Shown piece by piece: positions 36,900 through 46,267 of a DNA stretch of 64,000 nt. Under the pieces are notes generated by a model that saw only the letters and a list, made by a program, of their open reading frames with translations, had not been told where the DNA came from and ran no database searches. Source of the DNA: an uncultured Dehalococcoidia bacterium (GTDB taxonomy: Bacteria > Chloroflexota > Dehalococcoidia > Lucifugimonadales > GCA-2712585). Positions within the stretch are counted from its first letter, which is position 1. Each line of letters opens with the position of its first letter. The stretch is taken from the NCBI GenBank assembly GCA_958295715.1, contig OY282371.1:2175697-2239696 (forward strand), written 5' to 3'. Both the position numbers and the translations under genes were made by a program.

Positions 36900-37508
36900 A
36901 TGAACGTGGTCGCCATCATACCCGTGAAGCCCCTCTGCCGGGCCAAGTCCCGCCTGGCGCCCTTCTTGGAACCGCCGGAGCGGGAGCGGCTGGCGGTCAA
37001 CATGCTGCGACGCGTTATCCGAGCCGCCCGCGAAGGGGTGGATGAGGTCTGGGTCCTGGGAACCGACGCCGTCGAAGCGGCCTCAAGCGAAGGCGCGGGC
37101 TTCCGCCGCGAGACGGGGGCCAACGTCAACGAGAGCCTCGACGCCGTTTTCCGGGAGGCGTGGACAGCGGGCAAGTCTCCCTTATTCCTTCCCGGAGACC
37201 TGCCCTTTATCCAGCCCTCAGACCTCCGCGGGTTAACCGCCAAGGCCGGCGACGGGAGGCCGGCGGTCCTGGCCCCGGCGCGCCGGGGCGGCGGCACCAA
37301 CGCCATCCTCATCCCCCAACCCTCAGACTTCCGGTTAAGCCTGGGGCCGGACAGCTTTCAACGGCACCTGGCCCAAGCCAAAGCCCTGGGGCTGGACCCC
37401 GTCGTTCGTTCAAGCCCCGGACTCGCCAACGATCTGGACACCTGGGAGGACGTCCAGGAGTACGAGGGCATGGAGCCGGGCCTTCTGGAGCGTCTCACCC
37501 GTGAATAG
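36900..37508 (+). CDS. cofC: Phospholactate/PEP guanylyltransferase CofC/FbiD
   Basis: VAIIPVKPL..AKSRL and GTDA...GDLP motifs. Position after cofD. Confidence 0.8.
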   Translation: MNVVAIIPVKPLCRAKSRLAPFLEPPERERLAVNMLRRVIRAAREGVDEVWVLGTDAVEAASSEGAGFRRETGANVNESLDAVFREAWTAGKSPLFLPGDLPFIQPSDLRGLTAKAGDGRPAVLAPARRGGGTNAILIPQPSDFRLSLGPDSFQRHLAQAKALGLDPVVRSSPGLANDLDTWEDVQEYEGMEPGLLERLTRE

Positions 37509-38487
37509 CCCTAAGACAGCCGCCGGGGTCAAGCTAGGCGTTCTCCTTCCCACCCGCGGAATCATCATGTCCCAAGAGTCCCCCACCGACGCCGGCCTCA
37601 TCTTCGAGATGGCGCGCGTGGCTGAGGAGGCCGGCGTGGACTCCCTCTGGGTGGGTGACAGCCTGACGGCCAAGCCGCGGCTTGAGCCCCTCACCACCCT
37701 GGCCGCCGTGGCCGCCCGCACTGAACGGGTGCGATTGGGAACCGCCGTCCTGCTGGCGGCCCTGCGGCATCCGGCCCTGCTAGCCCAGACGCTGGCGTCC
37801 CTGGACGTGATTTCGGGCGGTCGAGCGGTCCTGGCCGTCGGCGCCGGCGGTGCCTTCAACGAGGCGCAGAAGCAGGAGTGGCGGATAGCCGGCGTCAAGC
37901 CCTCCCAACGCGGCGGCCGGCTGGAAGAGGTCATGGATATAGTCAAGGCTCTGGGAACGGGACGCGCCGTATCGTATGAAGGCCGTCACTTCCGGATGGA
38001 GAACGCGTCCATGCGGCCCACGCCCGCGCAAAAGGATGGCGTACCGGTCCTCTTCGCCTGTCACCTGCGGGCGGGGCGGGAGGCCCAGTTCCGCCGGGCC
38101 GCGCAGCTGGGCGACGGCTACATATCCATATCCGAGCCGCCCCGGGAGTTCGCCGAGGTGGGGGAACGGGTCAGCGCATACGCCGTCGAATATGGCCGCG
38201 ACCACCGCGCCATGGAGCGGGTCTTCTACATGACGGTTAACCTGAACGCGGACCCATCCGCGGCCCAGGCCGAGGCCGACCGGTACATCCGAACGTACTA
38301 CGGCGTCAACATATGGCGGGACCTGTGGGGTCCCTGGGGACGTCCCGACGCCCTGGTTGAGTCCATACGCCAATACGCCAACGCCGGGGCGACCACCGTC
38401 ATCGTCCGGTTCGCCTCCTTCAACCCCATGGGCCAACTGGAAACCTTCCTGGAGGAGGTGGCGCCTCGCATAGGGCGGCCCGCCTGA
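37501..38487 (+). CDS. LLM-class (luciferase-like) F420-dependent oxidoreductase
   Basis: KLGVLLPTRG..., DSLWVGDS and GTAVLL..RHPALLAQ are typical of LLM family proteins. It overlaps cofC by 8 nt. Confidence 0.75.
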   Translation: MNSPKTAAGVKLGVLLPTRGIIMSQESPTDAGLIFEMARVAEEAGVDSLWVGDSLTAKPRLEPLTTLAAVAARTERVRLGTAVLLAALRHPALLAQTLASLDVISGGRAVLAVGAGGAFNEAQKQEWRIAGVKPSQRGGRLEEVMDIVKALGTGRAVSYEGRHFRMENASMRPTPAQKDGVPVLFACHLRAGREAQFRRAAQLGDGYISISEPPREFAEVGERVSAYAVEYGRDHRAMERVFYMTVNLNADPSAAQAEADRYIRTYYGVNIWRDLWGPWGRPDALVESIRQYANAGATTVIVRFASFNPMGQLETFLEEVAPRIGRPA

Positions 38488-38488
38488 A

Positions 38489-39043
38489 ATGGCCCCCAGG
38501 ATAGCCCTTCTGCTGTTGGTGGGGTGGCTGCTGCTGACCTCCTCGGCGTGGACGCCGGAACCGCCCGGCGGCGCGGCCCCGCCGGGATGCGAGGCCGTGT
38601 TCGGGGCCACCTCGCGGGGTGGAGCCGCGCCGCCCTCCCCCCGAGGGTTTGGCTGCTCAGCCGCCCAAGACCGTGGAGGCGCGGCCAGGATAGCGCGGGT
38701 CATTGACGGGGACACCGTTGAACTGGCCGACGGCGCCCGCGTGCGGTACATAGGCGTCGACACGCCGGAGCGGGGCGAACCCCTTTTCACCGAGGCCACC
38801 CGTTTGAACCGCCGCCTCGTGGAGGGCCGGGAGGCGCGCTTGGCGCGGGACACGTCGGAAACGGACCGGTTCGGCCGTCTGCTCCGGTACGTGTACGTGG
38901 ATGATATACTGGTGAACGCGGAACTGGTCCGGGAGGGTCTGGCCAAGGCCGTGGAGTACCCGCCCGACGTTAGGTTCCACCAGTGTTTCGCCGCCTTGGA
39001 ACGGGAGGCCGTGGACGGGCGGCGGGGCATCTGGGCGCCCTAG
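38489..39043 (+). CDS. Secreted thermonuclease (staphylococcal nuclease homologue)
   Basis: N-terminal hydrophobic signal. VIDGDTVEL...VRYIGVDTPE...FGRLLRYV...NAELVREGLA is the SNase core. Confidence 0.85.
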   Translation: MAPRIALLLLVGWLLLTSSAWTPEPPGGAAPPGCEAVFGATSRGGAAPPSPRGFGCSAAQDRGGAARIARVIDGDTVELADGARVRYIGVDTPERGEPLFTEATRLNRRLVEGREARLARDTSETDRFGRLLRYVYVDDILVNAELVREGLAKAVEYPPDVRFHQCFAALEREAVDGRRGIWAP

Positions 39044-39067
39044 AAGCCATAAGAGGAGAAGACACCC

Positions 39068-39841
39068 TTGTATTCAATAGACCTATCGGGCAAGAAGGCA
39101 ATGGTTTTCGGCGTGGCCAACGAGCGCAGCATCGCCTGGGCCATCTGCCGGATTCTGGGCGAGGCGGGGGCGAAACTGGCCGTCGCGTACCAGAACGAGC
39201 GGCTGAAGAGCCGGGCCGAGCGGCTGACCCAGGACATGGACAACGTCCTTCTGCTCCAGTGCGACGTTTCCAGCGATAGCCAGGTCGAAGAGGCCTTCCG
39301 GAAGACCGCCGAGGAGTTCGGCTCGCTGGACTACTTGGTCCACAGCATCGCCTTCGCCCAACGGGAGGACCTGGGCGGCGACTTTTCGGAGGTGGGCCGC
39401 GAGGGGTTCCGGGTGGCCCTGGAAATCAGCGCCTACTCGCTAATCCCCCTCGTCCGCCACGCCTCCGCCCTGATGACGGGGGGCGGCAGCGTGATAACCA
39501 TGACCTTCCAGGCATCGGAGCGGGTGTTCCCGGGCTACAATATCATGGGAACGGCCAAGGCCGCCTTGGAGAACGAGGTGCGGCAGCTTGCCGCCGAGTA
39601 CGGCGGCCGGAACATCCGCGTCAACGCCATCTCCGCCGGGCCTCTCGAAACCCTGGCCGCGCGGGGGATTCACGGCTTCCCCGACATGGTGAAGATACAC
39701 GCGCAACGGGCGCCCATGGGTCGGAACATCACCCACCGGGAGGTGGCCGGCGCCGCCCTCTACCTTTGCAGCGACCTATCCAGCGGGGTCACGGGGGCCG
39801 TGATACCCGTTGACGCCGGATACCACGTCATGGCGGTGTGA
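39068..39841 (+). CDS. fabI: Enoyl-[acyl-carrier-protein] reductase (NADH) FabI
   Basis: GKKAMVFGVANERSIAWAI, Y..MG.AKAALE catalytic region and SAGP. The TTG start is preceded by GAGGAG. Confidence 0.9.
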   Translation: MYSIDLSGKKAMVFGVANERSIAWAICRILGEAGAKLAVAYQNERLKSRAERLTQDMDNVLLLQCDVSSDSQVEEAFRKTAEEFGSLDYLVHSIAFAQREDLGGDFSEVGREGFRVALEISAYSLIPLVRHASALMTGGGSVITMTFQASERVFPGYNIMGTAKAALENEVRQLAAEYGGRNIRVNAISAGPLETLAARGIHGFPDMVKIHAQRAPMGRNITHREVAGAALYLCSDLSSGVTGAVIPVDAGYHVMAV

Positions 39842-40185
39842 GCCGCCGCCCCCTCAGGGCCGCCTACTCAGAGATAGAGGCGCCGGTGTGAGCCGCCGCA
39901 CGCTCAGGGCCGCCTACTCAGAGATAGAAGCGCTGGTGTGAGCCGCCGCCCGCTCGGGGCCGGCTACTTAGAGATAGAGGCGCCGGTGTGAGCCGCCGCA
40001 CGCTCAGGGCCGCCTACTCAGAGATAGAAGCGCCGGTGTGAGCCGCCTCCCGCTCAGGGCCGCCTACTCAGAGATCGAAGCGTCGGTGTGAGCCGCCACC
40101 CCCTCAGGGCCGCCTACTCAGAGATAGAGGCTCCGGTGTGAGCCGCCGCCCGCTCAGGGCCGGCTACTCAGAGATAGAAGCGCCG
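39836..40185. repeat. 50-bp tandem repeat x7 spanning both convergent gene 3' ends
   Basis: Unit starts at 39836, 39886, 39936, 39986, 40036, 40086 and 40136. The first unit carries the fabI stop. The last carries the final codons and stop of the ABC exporter gene. Confidence 0.95.
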
Positions 40186-41993
40186 TCTGCGGAGGGCGCG
40201 GCCCCGTTGCCCCCAAAGCTCATGCGGTAAAGCTGGGAGTAGACCCCGCCCTTGCTCAGGAGTTGGCGGTGGTTCCCCTCCTCAACTATCCTGCCCGCGT
40301 CCATGACTATAACCCGGTTGGCGTTGCGCACCGTGGAGAGGCGGTGGGCGATGACCAAGGCGGTGCGGCCCTTGAGGGCCTTGCCCAAGGCCTCCTGAAT
40401 AATCATCTCCGTCTGGCTGTCCACGGAGGCCGTAGCCTCGTCCAGGATAATAATCCTGGGGTCGAAGACTAGGGCCCGGGCCAGGGCTATAAGCTGTCGC
40501 TGCCCGGCGCTGAGATTCCCGCCCCACTCCTCCACCTCCGCGTCGTAACCCCCGTCCATGCGGGAGATGAAGCCGTGGGCGCCCACTATCTGGGCGGCCC
40601 TCACCACCTGCTCGTCGGTGACGCCGGAGTGGTTAAACCTAATGTTGTCCTTCACCGTGCCGGAAAAGAGAAACGGCTCCTGCACCACCGTGCCTATCTG
40701 GTTCACCAGCGAGGCCCGGTTCACGTCCCTAACGTCATGGCCGTCAACGGTTATGCTGCCCTCGGTGACGTCGTAGAGGCGAAGTATCAGGGAGGAGAGG
40801 GTGGTCTTGCCCGCGCCCGTCGCTCCCACCACCGCCACCGTTTCGCCGGGCTTCATCCTCAGGTCGATGCCTTGCAGCACCTCGACGTCGGGGGTGTAGC
40901 GGAACCGGACGCCCTTAAAGACCACCTCGCCCACCACCTGGGGCATGGTCTTGGCGCCGGGCTTCTCCACTATCTCAGGCTTCTCGTCAATCAACTCGAA
41001 GATGTGGGAAGCCGAGGTCATGGCCCGCTGCATCTGGGTATACTGCATCGTCAGGTTCCGGATGGGCTCGAAGAACCGCTGTATGTACAGGGCGAAGGCC
41101 ACCACCACGCCCACCTCCAGGGCGCCGTTCAGGGTCATAAGGCCGCCAAAGATGACCACCAGGGCCATGGCCGTCCCGCCCAGTATCTCCACGGAGGGCA
41201 TGAGCGACGCCGCGAACCTCTGGGAGCTGAGGTTGGCCTCCATGTGGTCCTTGTTCAGGCCCTGGAAGGTCTTATGGTTCGTGCCCTCCCGGTTCAAACT
41301 CTGTATTACCCGCATCCCGGAGATGTTCTCCTGGAGATTCCCATTGACTATGGCCAGCGCCCGCCGCACCCGCATGAAGCGGGGCCACGAGTACCGTTGC
41401 CACACCACGCCGATGAGCAGGAGGGGCGGCACCACCGTCAGGACGACGAGGGCCAGGGTCCAGTCGATGAAGAACATGGCCCCGACGATGGCCGACAGGG
41501 TGAGGATGTCCCCCAAGGTGATGGCCATCTGGGAGAGGAACTCCTGTATCTGGAACACGTCGTTTTGCAGCCGGGACATTATGCGGCCCATCTGCGACCT
41601 GTCGTAGAAGGACATGGACAGGTCCTGCAAGTGGTTGAACATGTCGTCCCTAACGTCCAAGAGGAGGTTTTGGGACACCCGCGACATGGACACCTGGTGG
41701 ATGTAGTGGGTGACGTAGTTGAGAACCGCGTTGACAAAGAAGATGATGACGATAAACGTTAGCCTGGAGAGGCTTTGGCCGGGGGGCACCACGCTATCCA
41801 CCGCCAGCAGCACGATTATGGGGGTGGCCACCACGGTGGCGGTGTACATGACCATGGTCACCAGGCCCAAGACCACCAGGCCCTTGTAGGGCCCCGTGTA
41901 GTGGAGCAGGCGGAACAGTATCTTAAAGTCCTTTAGCCCGCCGCGGCGCGCGTCAAAGGCGTCGGCCTGGGTTATGCCCTTCCAACCGTACAA
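40164..41993 (-). CDS. ABC exporter, fused permease/ATPase (heterodimer subunit)
   Basis: 609 aa with 6 TM helices, Walker A GATGAGKTT, LSAGQRQ and ILDEATA. Confidence 0.92.
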   Translation of the reverse strand: MYGWKGITQADAFDARRGGLKDFKILFRLLHYTGPYKGLVVLGLVTMVMYTATVVATPIIVLLAVDSVVPPGQSLSRLTFIVIIFFVNAVLNYVTHYIHQVSMSRVSQNLLLDVRDDMFNHLQDLSMSFYDRSQMGRIMSRLQNDVFQIQEFLSQMAITLGDILTLSAIVGAMFFIDWTLALVVLTVVPPLLLIGVVWQRYSWPRFMRVRRALAIVNGNLQENISGMRVIQSLNREGTNHKTFQGLNKDHMEANLSSQRFAASLMPSVEILGGTAMALVVIFGGLMTLNGALEVGVVVAFALYIQRFFEPIRNLTMQYTQMQRAMTSASHIFELIDEKPEIVEKPGAKTMPQVVGEVVFKGVRFRYTPDVEVLQGIDLRMKPGETVAVVGATGAGKTTLSSLILRLYDVTEGSITVDGHDVRDVNRASLVNQIGTVVQEPFLFSGTVKDNIRFNHSGVTDEQVVRAAQIVGAHGFISRMDGGYDAEVEEWGGNLSAGQRQLIALARALVFDPRIIILDEATASVDSQTEMIIQEALGKALKGRTALVIAHRLSTVRNANRVIVMDAGRIVEEGNHRQLLSKGGVYSQLYRMSFGGNGAAPSADGASISE

Positions 41994-42013
41994 CTAGCTA
42001 AAGCTCCCTCTCA

Positions 42014-43786
42014 TCAACGCTTCGTCTCCGCGCCGCCGATGGCGGCCTCCAAGATCACCTCTTCGCCGGGCAGCAGCTGCAACTCGTAAATCTGCTTGTA
42101 GAACCCGTCCCTGGCTATCAACTCCCTGTGGTTGCCCTGAGCCACAATGGCTCCGTCCTTCAACACCAGAATGAGGTCGGCCCCCTTCACGCTGCTCACC
42201 CTGTGGGCGATTATGAAGGTGGTCCGGTTCTCCATGACCTGGTTGAGGGCCTTGCGGATGAGGGACTCCGTCTCCACGTCAACGCTGGAGGTGGAGTCGT
42301 CCAAAATCAGGACCGGCGGGTTCACCAGCAGGGTCCTGGCGATGGCCAGCCTCTGCCTCTGTCCCCCCGAAAGGGTGACGCCCCGCTCGCCGACAGCGGT
42401 CTCGTAACCCTCCGGCAGGCTCATTATGAAGTCGTGCAGTTGGGCCGCCTTGGCCGCCTCCTCAATCTGCTCCGCCGTGACCCCGTTGACCCCGTAGCCG
42501 ATGTTCTGCCTGATAGTCGTCTGAAACAGGAACACGTCTTGGAACACTATGCCCACGTTGTGCCGCAGGGAATCCAGCGTCACGTCTCCAACCTCAACGC
42601 CGTCTATGGCCACCGAGCCGGAGGTCGCGTCGTAGAAGCGCGGGATTAGGTTGCAAATAGTCGTCTTCCCGCTGCCGGCGGCCCCCAGTATGGCCACCTT
42701 GTCCCCGGGGTTGGCCGTGAAGGTGACGCCCTTTAGGGCGGGAACCAAGGCGTTGTAGGAGAAGGACACGTCGTTGAAGCTAACGGCCCCCTTGGCGCGC
42801 TCCAAGGCCCTGGCCCCCTGCCGGTCCTCCACCGGAGACTCGGAGTCGATGACCTGGAAGATGCGCTCCCCCGACGAAATGGCCCGGGAGAAGGTGTTGA
42901 CCGCCATGCCCAGCATCCGGACGGGCATGACCAGCAGGCCGAGGAAGAGCAGGAAGGTGGACAGTTCACCGGGGGTGAGGCTGCCGCCGATTATCCACCG
43001 GCCCCCGAAGAGCAGCACCAGCCCCGTGGCGCCGATGTACATGAAGGTGAGGAAGGCCGTGTTGGACACCCGCAGCCGGTTGGCCGCGAAGGTCTCCTCC
43101 GAGACCTGGAAGGAGTGGCGGTGAAACAGCTTCTTCTGGTGCCCCTCGGCCCCCAGGGCCTTCACCACCCGCATACCCGTCAGGTTCTCCTGCAACACGG
43201 TGGTCAGTTCCCCCATCTTTCGCTGCACCGAGGTCCATATGACACGCAGCTTCCGTCCCACCCTGATGGTGGTGTAGATGGTGATGGGGACCCCGGCGAG
43301 GCTTATGAGGCCCAACTGCCAGTGGACCATTATGAGGAGGGGAATCACCCCGCCGATGAGCAGGACCAGTTGGATGGAGCGGACCAGGCCGAAGTTGATG
43401 AACATCCGCGTGCTTTCCACGTCGTAGGTGACGATGGACATCAGGTCGCCCGTCTTGCGCTGGTCGTGAAAGGCGAAGCTCAGGCCCTGCAACCGGCGCA
43501 GCAGTTCGTTCTTGAGGGCGTAGGTCACCCTGGAGGAGACGTTCTCCGCGAAGTAGGTCTGCCCATAGCTGAAGAGGCCCCGGGCCACGCTCAGGATGAG
43601 GATGAGGCTGCCCAGCCATAGCAGGGTTCCCCTGTCGCCGCCTTCAAGAACCTGGTCAACGGCGTTGCCAATGAACCACGGTACCGATAAGGCTAGAGCG
43701 TTGGCTCCGAGTATGGATATCCAGGCTAGGACCAGATACCGTTTATAGCCGAGTCCGTAGCGCGCGAGGCGCAGCAGTATGTGCAT
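42014..43786 (-). CDS. ABC exporter, fused permease/ATPase (heterodimer subunit)
   Basis: 590 aa with Walker A GAAGSGKTT, LSGGQRQR and ILDDSTS. Tandem with the preceding exporter gene. Confidence 0.92.
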   Translation of the reverse strand: MHILLRLARYGLGYKRYLVLAWISILGANALALSVPWFIGNAVDQVLEGGDRGTLLWLGSLILILSVARGLFSYGQTYFAENVSSRVTYALKNELLRRLQGLSFAFHDQRKTGDLMSIVTYDVESTRMFINFGLVRSIQLVLLIGGVIPLLIMVHWQLGLISLAGVPITIYTTIRVGRKLRVIWTSVQRKMGELTTVLQENLTGMRVVKALGAEGHQKKLFHRHSFQVSEETFAANRLRVSNTAFLTFMYIGATGLVLLFGGRWIIGGSLTPGELSTFLLFLGLLVMPVRMLGMAVNTFSRAISSGERIFQVIDSESPVEDRQGARALERAKGAVSFNDVSFSYNALVPALKGVTFTANPGDKVAILGAAGSGKTTICNLIPRFYDATSGSVAIDGVEVGDVTLDSLRHNVGIVFQDVFLFQTTIRQNIGYGVNGVTAEQIEEAAKAAQLHDFIMSLPEGYETAVGERGVTLSGGQRQRLAIARTLLVNPPVLILDDSTSSVDVETESLIRKALNQVMENRTTFIIAHRVSSVKGADLILVLKDGAIVAQGNHRELIARDGFYKQIYELQLLPGEEVILEAAIGGAETKR

Positions 43787-43835
43787 TCGCTACATTATAG
43801 CCAATTTGGGGGCGGTCTTCCAACTCCCCCGGCGG

Positions 43836-43887
43836 CCTTTGGCGTCATTGCCCGCCCTTAAGCTCCCGCGAGGGCTGACGCCAAAGG
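43836..43887. repeat. Perfect 12-bp inverted repeat (CCTTTGGCGTCA / TGACGCCAAAGG) with a 28-nt structured spacer
   Basis: Read directly. It lies in the divergent intergenic region between the ABC exporter and rimI. Confidence 0.8.
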
Positions 43888-43995
43888 ACTGTAAGCGCGG
43901 CGTCTTCATCCTCCCCAACCCTTATCAACGCCTTTCCCAACGTGATAGAATTATAGTGGCAGGACATCCTGAGATTTAATGGAAACGGACCGACG

Positions 43996-44670
43996 ATGAC
44001 CTTTGCCCTTCGCAGCCTCTGTGAGGCGGACATTCCCGAGGTGGGCCGCATTGAACGCGAGGCCTTCCCCACCCTCTGGCCCCGCGCGCCCATTAAGAAC
44101 GACATGAAGAACAAGCGCATCATCTATCTGGTGGCCACCCTCCTACATCCGGAGGAGGCCCCCGGCCATGAGGAGGAGCCGCCGCCCGACCCGTTGGCCG
44201 AGTACCCCATGCCGCTGCGCCTCATTCGCAACGTCACCGACCGGCTGTGGCCCAACTCCGGCCCGGCCGCCCCCACCAACGACACCCCCTTGGGCTACGT
44301 GTGCGTCTGGTTCCTCACCGAAGAGGCCCACATAACGGCCATCGCCGTCAAGGAGTCGTGGCGGGGTCAGGGCCTGGGGGAGGTCCTTCTTGGCGGGGCC
44401 ATCGAGACCGCCATGCGCCGCAAGAGCCGGGTGGTCACTCTAGAGGTGCGGGTGTCCAACCACGGGGCCATCGCCCTGTACGAAAAGTACGGGTTCAAGC
44501 GGGTGGGAGTCCGCAAGCGCTACTACTCCGACAACCGGGAAGACGCCAACATAATGACCACCGAACCCATCCTCAGCCTGTCCTACCAACGGAAGTTTCT
44601 GGAACTGCGCGACGCCTACTTCAAGCGCCGCGGGGCCGTGGAGACCTCCCTGGGACTGGCCGGAGCCTGA
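43996..44670 (+). CDS. rimI: Ribosomal-protein-alanine N-acetyltransferase (GNAT, RimI-like, with an insertion)
   Basis: IAV...RGQGLGEVLL..., TLEVRVSN..AI.LYEKYGF..VG.R..YY. An insertion of about 60 aa follows the N-terminal segment. Confidence 0.75.
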   Translation: MTFALRSLCEADIPEVGRIEREAFPTLWPRAPIKNDMKNKRIIYLVATLLHPEEAPGHEEEPPPDPLAEYPMPLRLIRNVTDRLWPNSGPAAPTNDTPLGYVCVWFLTEEAHITAIAVKESWRGQGLGEVLLGGAIETAMRRKSRVVTLEVRVSNHGAIALYEKYGFKRVGVRKRYYSDNREDANIMTTEPILSLSYQRKFLELRDAYFKRRGAVETSLGLAGA

Positions 44671-44703
44671 GGGCCGGCCTCGCGGCGCCGCGGCCCGTTC
44701 GCC

Positions 44704-44732
44704 TTGACCCTCCTATACGCTGTTGATAGAAT
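44704..44732 (+). promoter_or_regulatory. Sigma70-type promoter (TTGACC-17-TAGAAT) upstream of coaE
   Basis: Hexamers read directly. This excludes the ORF-track TTG start at 44723. Confidence 0.45.
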
Positions 44733-44761
44733 GTCGTGAGCTTCTTTCGGCCACGAAGCGG

Positions 44762-45376
44762 ATGCGGGTAATCGGCCTCACCGGAGGAATCGGAACGGGA
44801 AAGAGCGAAGTTTCGCGTATATTGCGGGAGTTGGGGGCCGTGGTCATAAACGCCGACGCCCTGGGCCATGAGACCTACAAACCGGGCGGCGAGACTTGGC
44901 GGCGCGTCGTGGACGCCTTCGGCGTGGAGGTGGTCGGCCCCGGCGGGGAGATCGACCGCAGGCGGCTGGGCGGGGTGGTATTCGCCGACCCCGCCGCGCG
45001 GGCGAAGCTGAACGCCATCACTTGGCCCGAAATTACCCGCCTTGCCCGTCGGGAAATCGAGGGTCTGCGCCGCCAAGAAGCTGGTACAATAGTCCTTGAG
45101 GCCGCCCTCCTGATTGAAGCGGGTTGGGACTCCCTGGTGGACGAGGTGTGGATAACGCGCTCTCCACGGGAGAAGGTCGTAGACCGCCTGAAGGACCGGG
45201 ACGGCCTGCCGGAGGAGGAGATAAGCCGCCGGATTAGCTCCCAACTCTCCTTTGAGGAGCGGCTCGCCGGCGGGGGGGTCGTCGTAGAAAACGCCGCCGG
45301 GCTGGAGGAGTTGGACGCCACGGTGAGAAATTTGTGGGAAACGCTCAAAAAGGACGCGCCAAACGAGAATGGCTAA
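44762..45376 (+). CDS. coaE: Dephospho-CoA kinase
   Basis: [16 protein letters not shown]-loop N-terminus and the typical length. Confidence 0.9.
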   Translation: MRVIGLTGGIGTGKSEVSRILRELGAVVINADALGHETYKPGGETWRRVVDAFGVEVVGPGGEIDRRRLGGVVFADPAARAKLNAITWPEITRLARREIEGLRRQEAGTIVLEAALLIEAGWDSLVDEVWITRSPREKVVDRLKDRDGLPEEEISRRISSQLSFEERLAGGGVVVENAAGLEELDATVRNLWETLKKDAPNENG

Positions 45377-46259
45377 AATCACCGGAGAGTTGTACAACCA
45401 GTTCACCATTGAGGAGTACTACGTTGAGGATAAGCCCTTCTATCTGCCCGTAAACGACGAGGTGGAGCTATTCGAGGCCGCCTACGCCGCCAGGGTGCCG
45501 ATACTGTTGAAGGGCCCCACCGGCACGGGGAAGACCCGGTTCGTGGAGTACATGGCCTGGAAGCTGGGCCGCCCCATCGCCGCGGCCAAGCGCAGCCCCG
45601 CCAAGGCCGCCTCCAACGGCCGGCTCATCCCCCTCATAACCATCGCCTGCCACGAAGACCTCACCGCCAGCGACCTGGTGGGCCGGTATCTGCTGGACGC
45701 CGAGGGCACCCGCTGGATTGACGGCCCCCTCACCCGGGCGGTCAAGTCGGGGGCCATCTGCTACCTCGACGAGATAGTGGAGGCCCGCAAAGACACCACC
45801 GTTCTAATCCACCCCCTGGCCGACCATCGCCGGGTGCTGCCCGTCGAGAAGCAGGGGCTGGTGCTGGAGGCGAAGAAGGGGTTCCAACTGGTCATCTCCT
45901 ACAACCCCGGCTACCAGAGCGCCCTCAAGGACCTGAAGGAGAGCACCCGCCAACGGTTCATAGCCATTGAGTTCACCCCCCCTCCCCCGGAGGTGGAGGC
46001 CAAGATAGTGGAGGCCGAGTCGGGATGCGCGCCCCAGCAGTCCCTGGCCCTGGCCAAGCTGGGCGAAAAAATTAGGAACCTGCAAGAGCACGGCCTGAGG
46101 GAGGGGGCCAGCACCCGGGTGCTTATCTACGCCGGCAAGCTCATGGCCAACGGCATCGCCCCCCGCCGGGCCTGCCACGTGGCCGTGGTCTGGGGAATCA
46201 CCGACGACCACGAGGTGCAGAGGAGCATCGAAGAAGTGGTCTCCTCCATATTCGAGTAG
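45369..46259 (+). CDS. AAA+ ATPase, CbbQ/NirQ/NorQ/GvpN (MoxR-class) family
   Basis: Walker A GPTGTGKT, Walker B CYLDEI and the typical length of about 290 aa. It overlaps coaE by 8 nt. Confidence 0.85.
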   Translation: MAKITGELYNQFTIEEYYVEDKPFYLPVNDEVELFEAAYAARVPILLKGPTGTGKTRFVEYMAWKLGRPIAAAKRSPAKAASNGRLIPLITIACHEDLTASDLVGRYLLDAEGTRWIDGPLTRAVKSGAICYLDEIVEARKDTTVLIHPLADHRRVLPVEKQGLVLEAKKGFQLVISYNPGYQSALKDLKESTRQRFIAIEFTPPPPEVEAKIVEAESGCAPQQSLALAKLGEKIRNLQEHGLREGASTRVLIYAGKLMANGIAPRRACHVAVVWGITDDHEVQRSIEEVVSSIFE

Positions 46260-46267
46260 CGGCTCCC

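Noticed and set aside
39836-40185. The 50-bp tandem array considered as a possible CRISPR array.
   Set aside because: - The entire 50-bp unit repeats with no unique spacers.
- No cas genes are nearby.
- The units contain the ends of the flanking genes. It is a plain tandem repeat.
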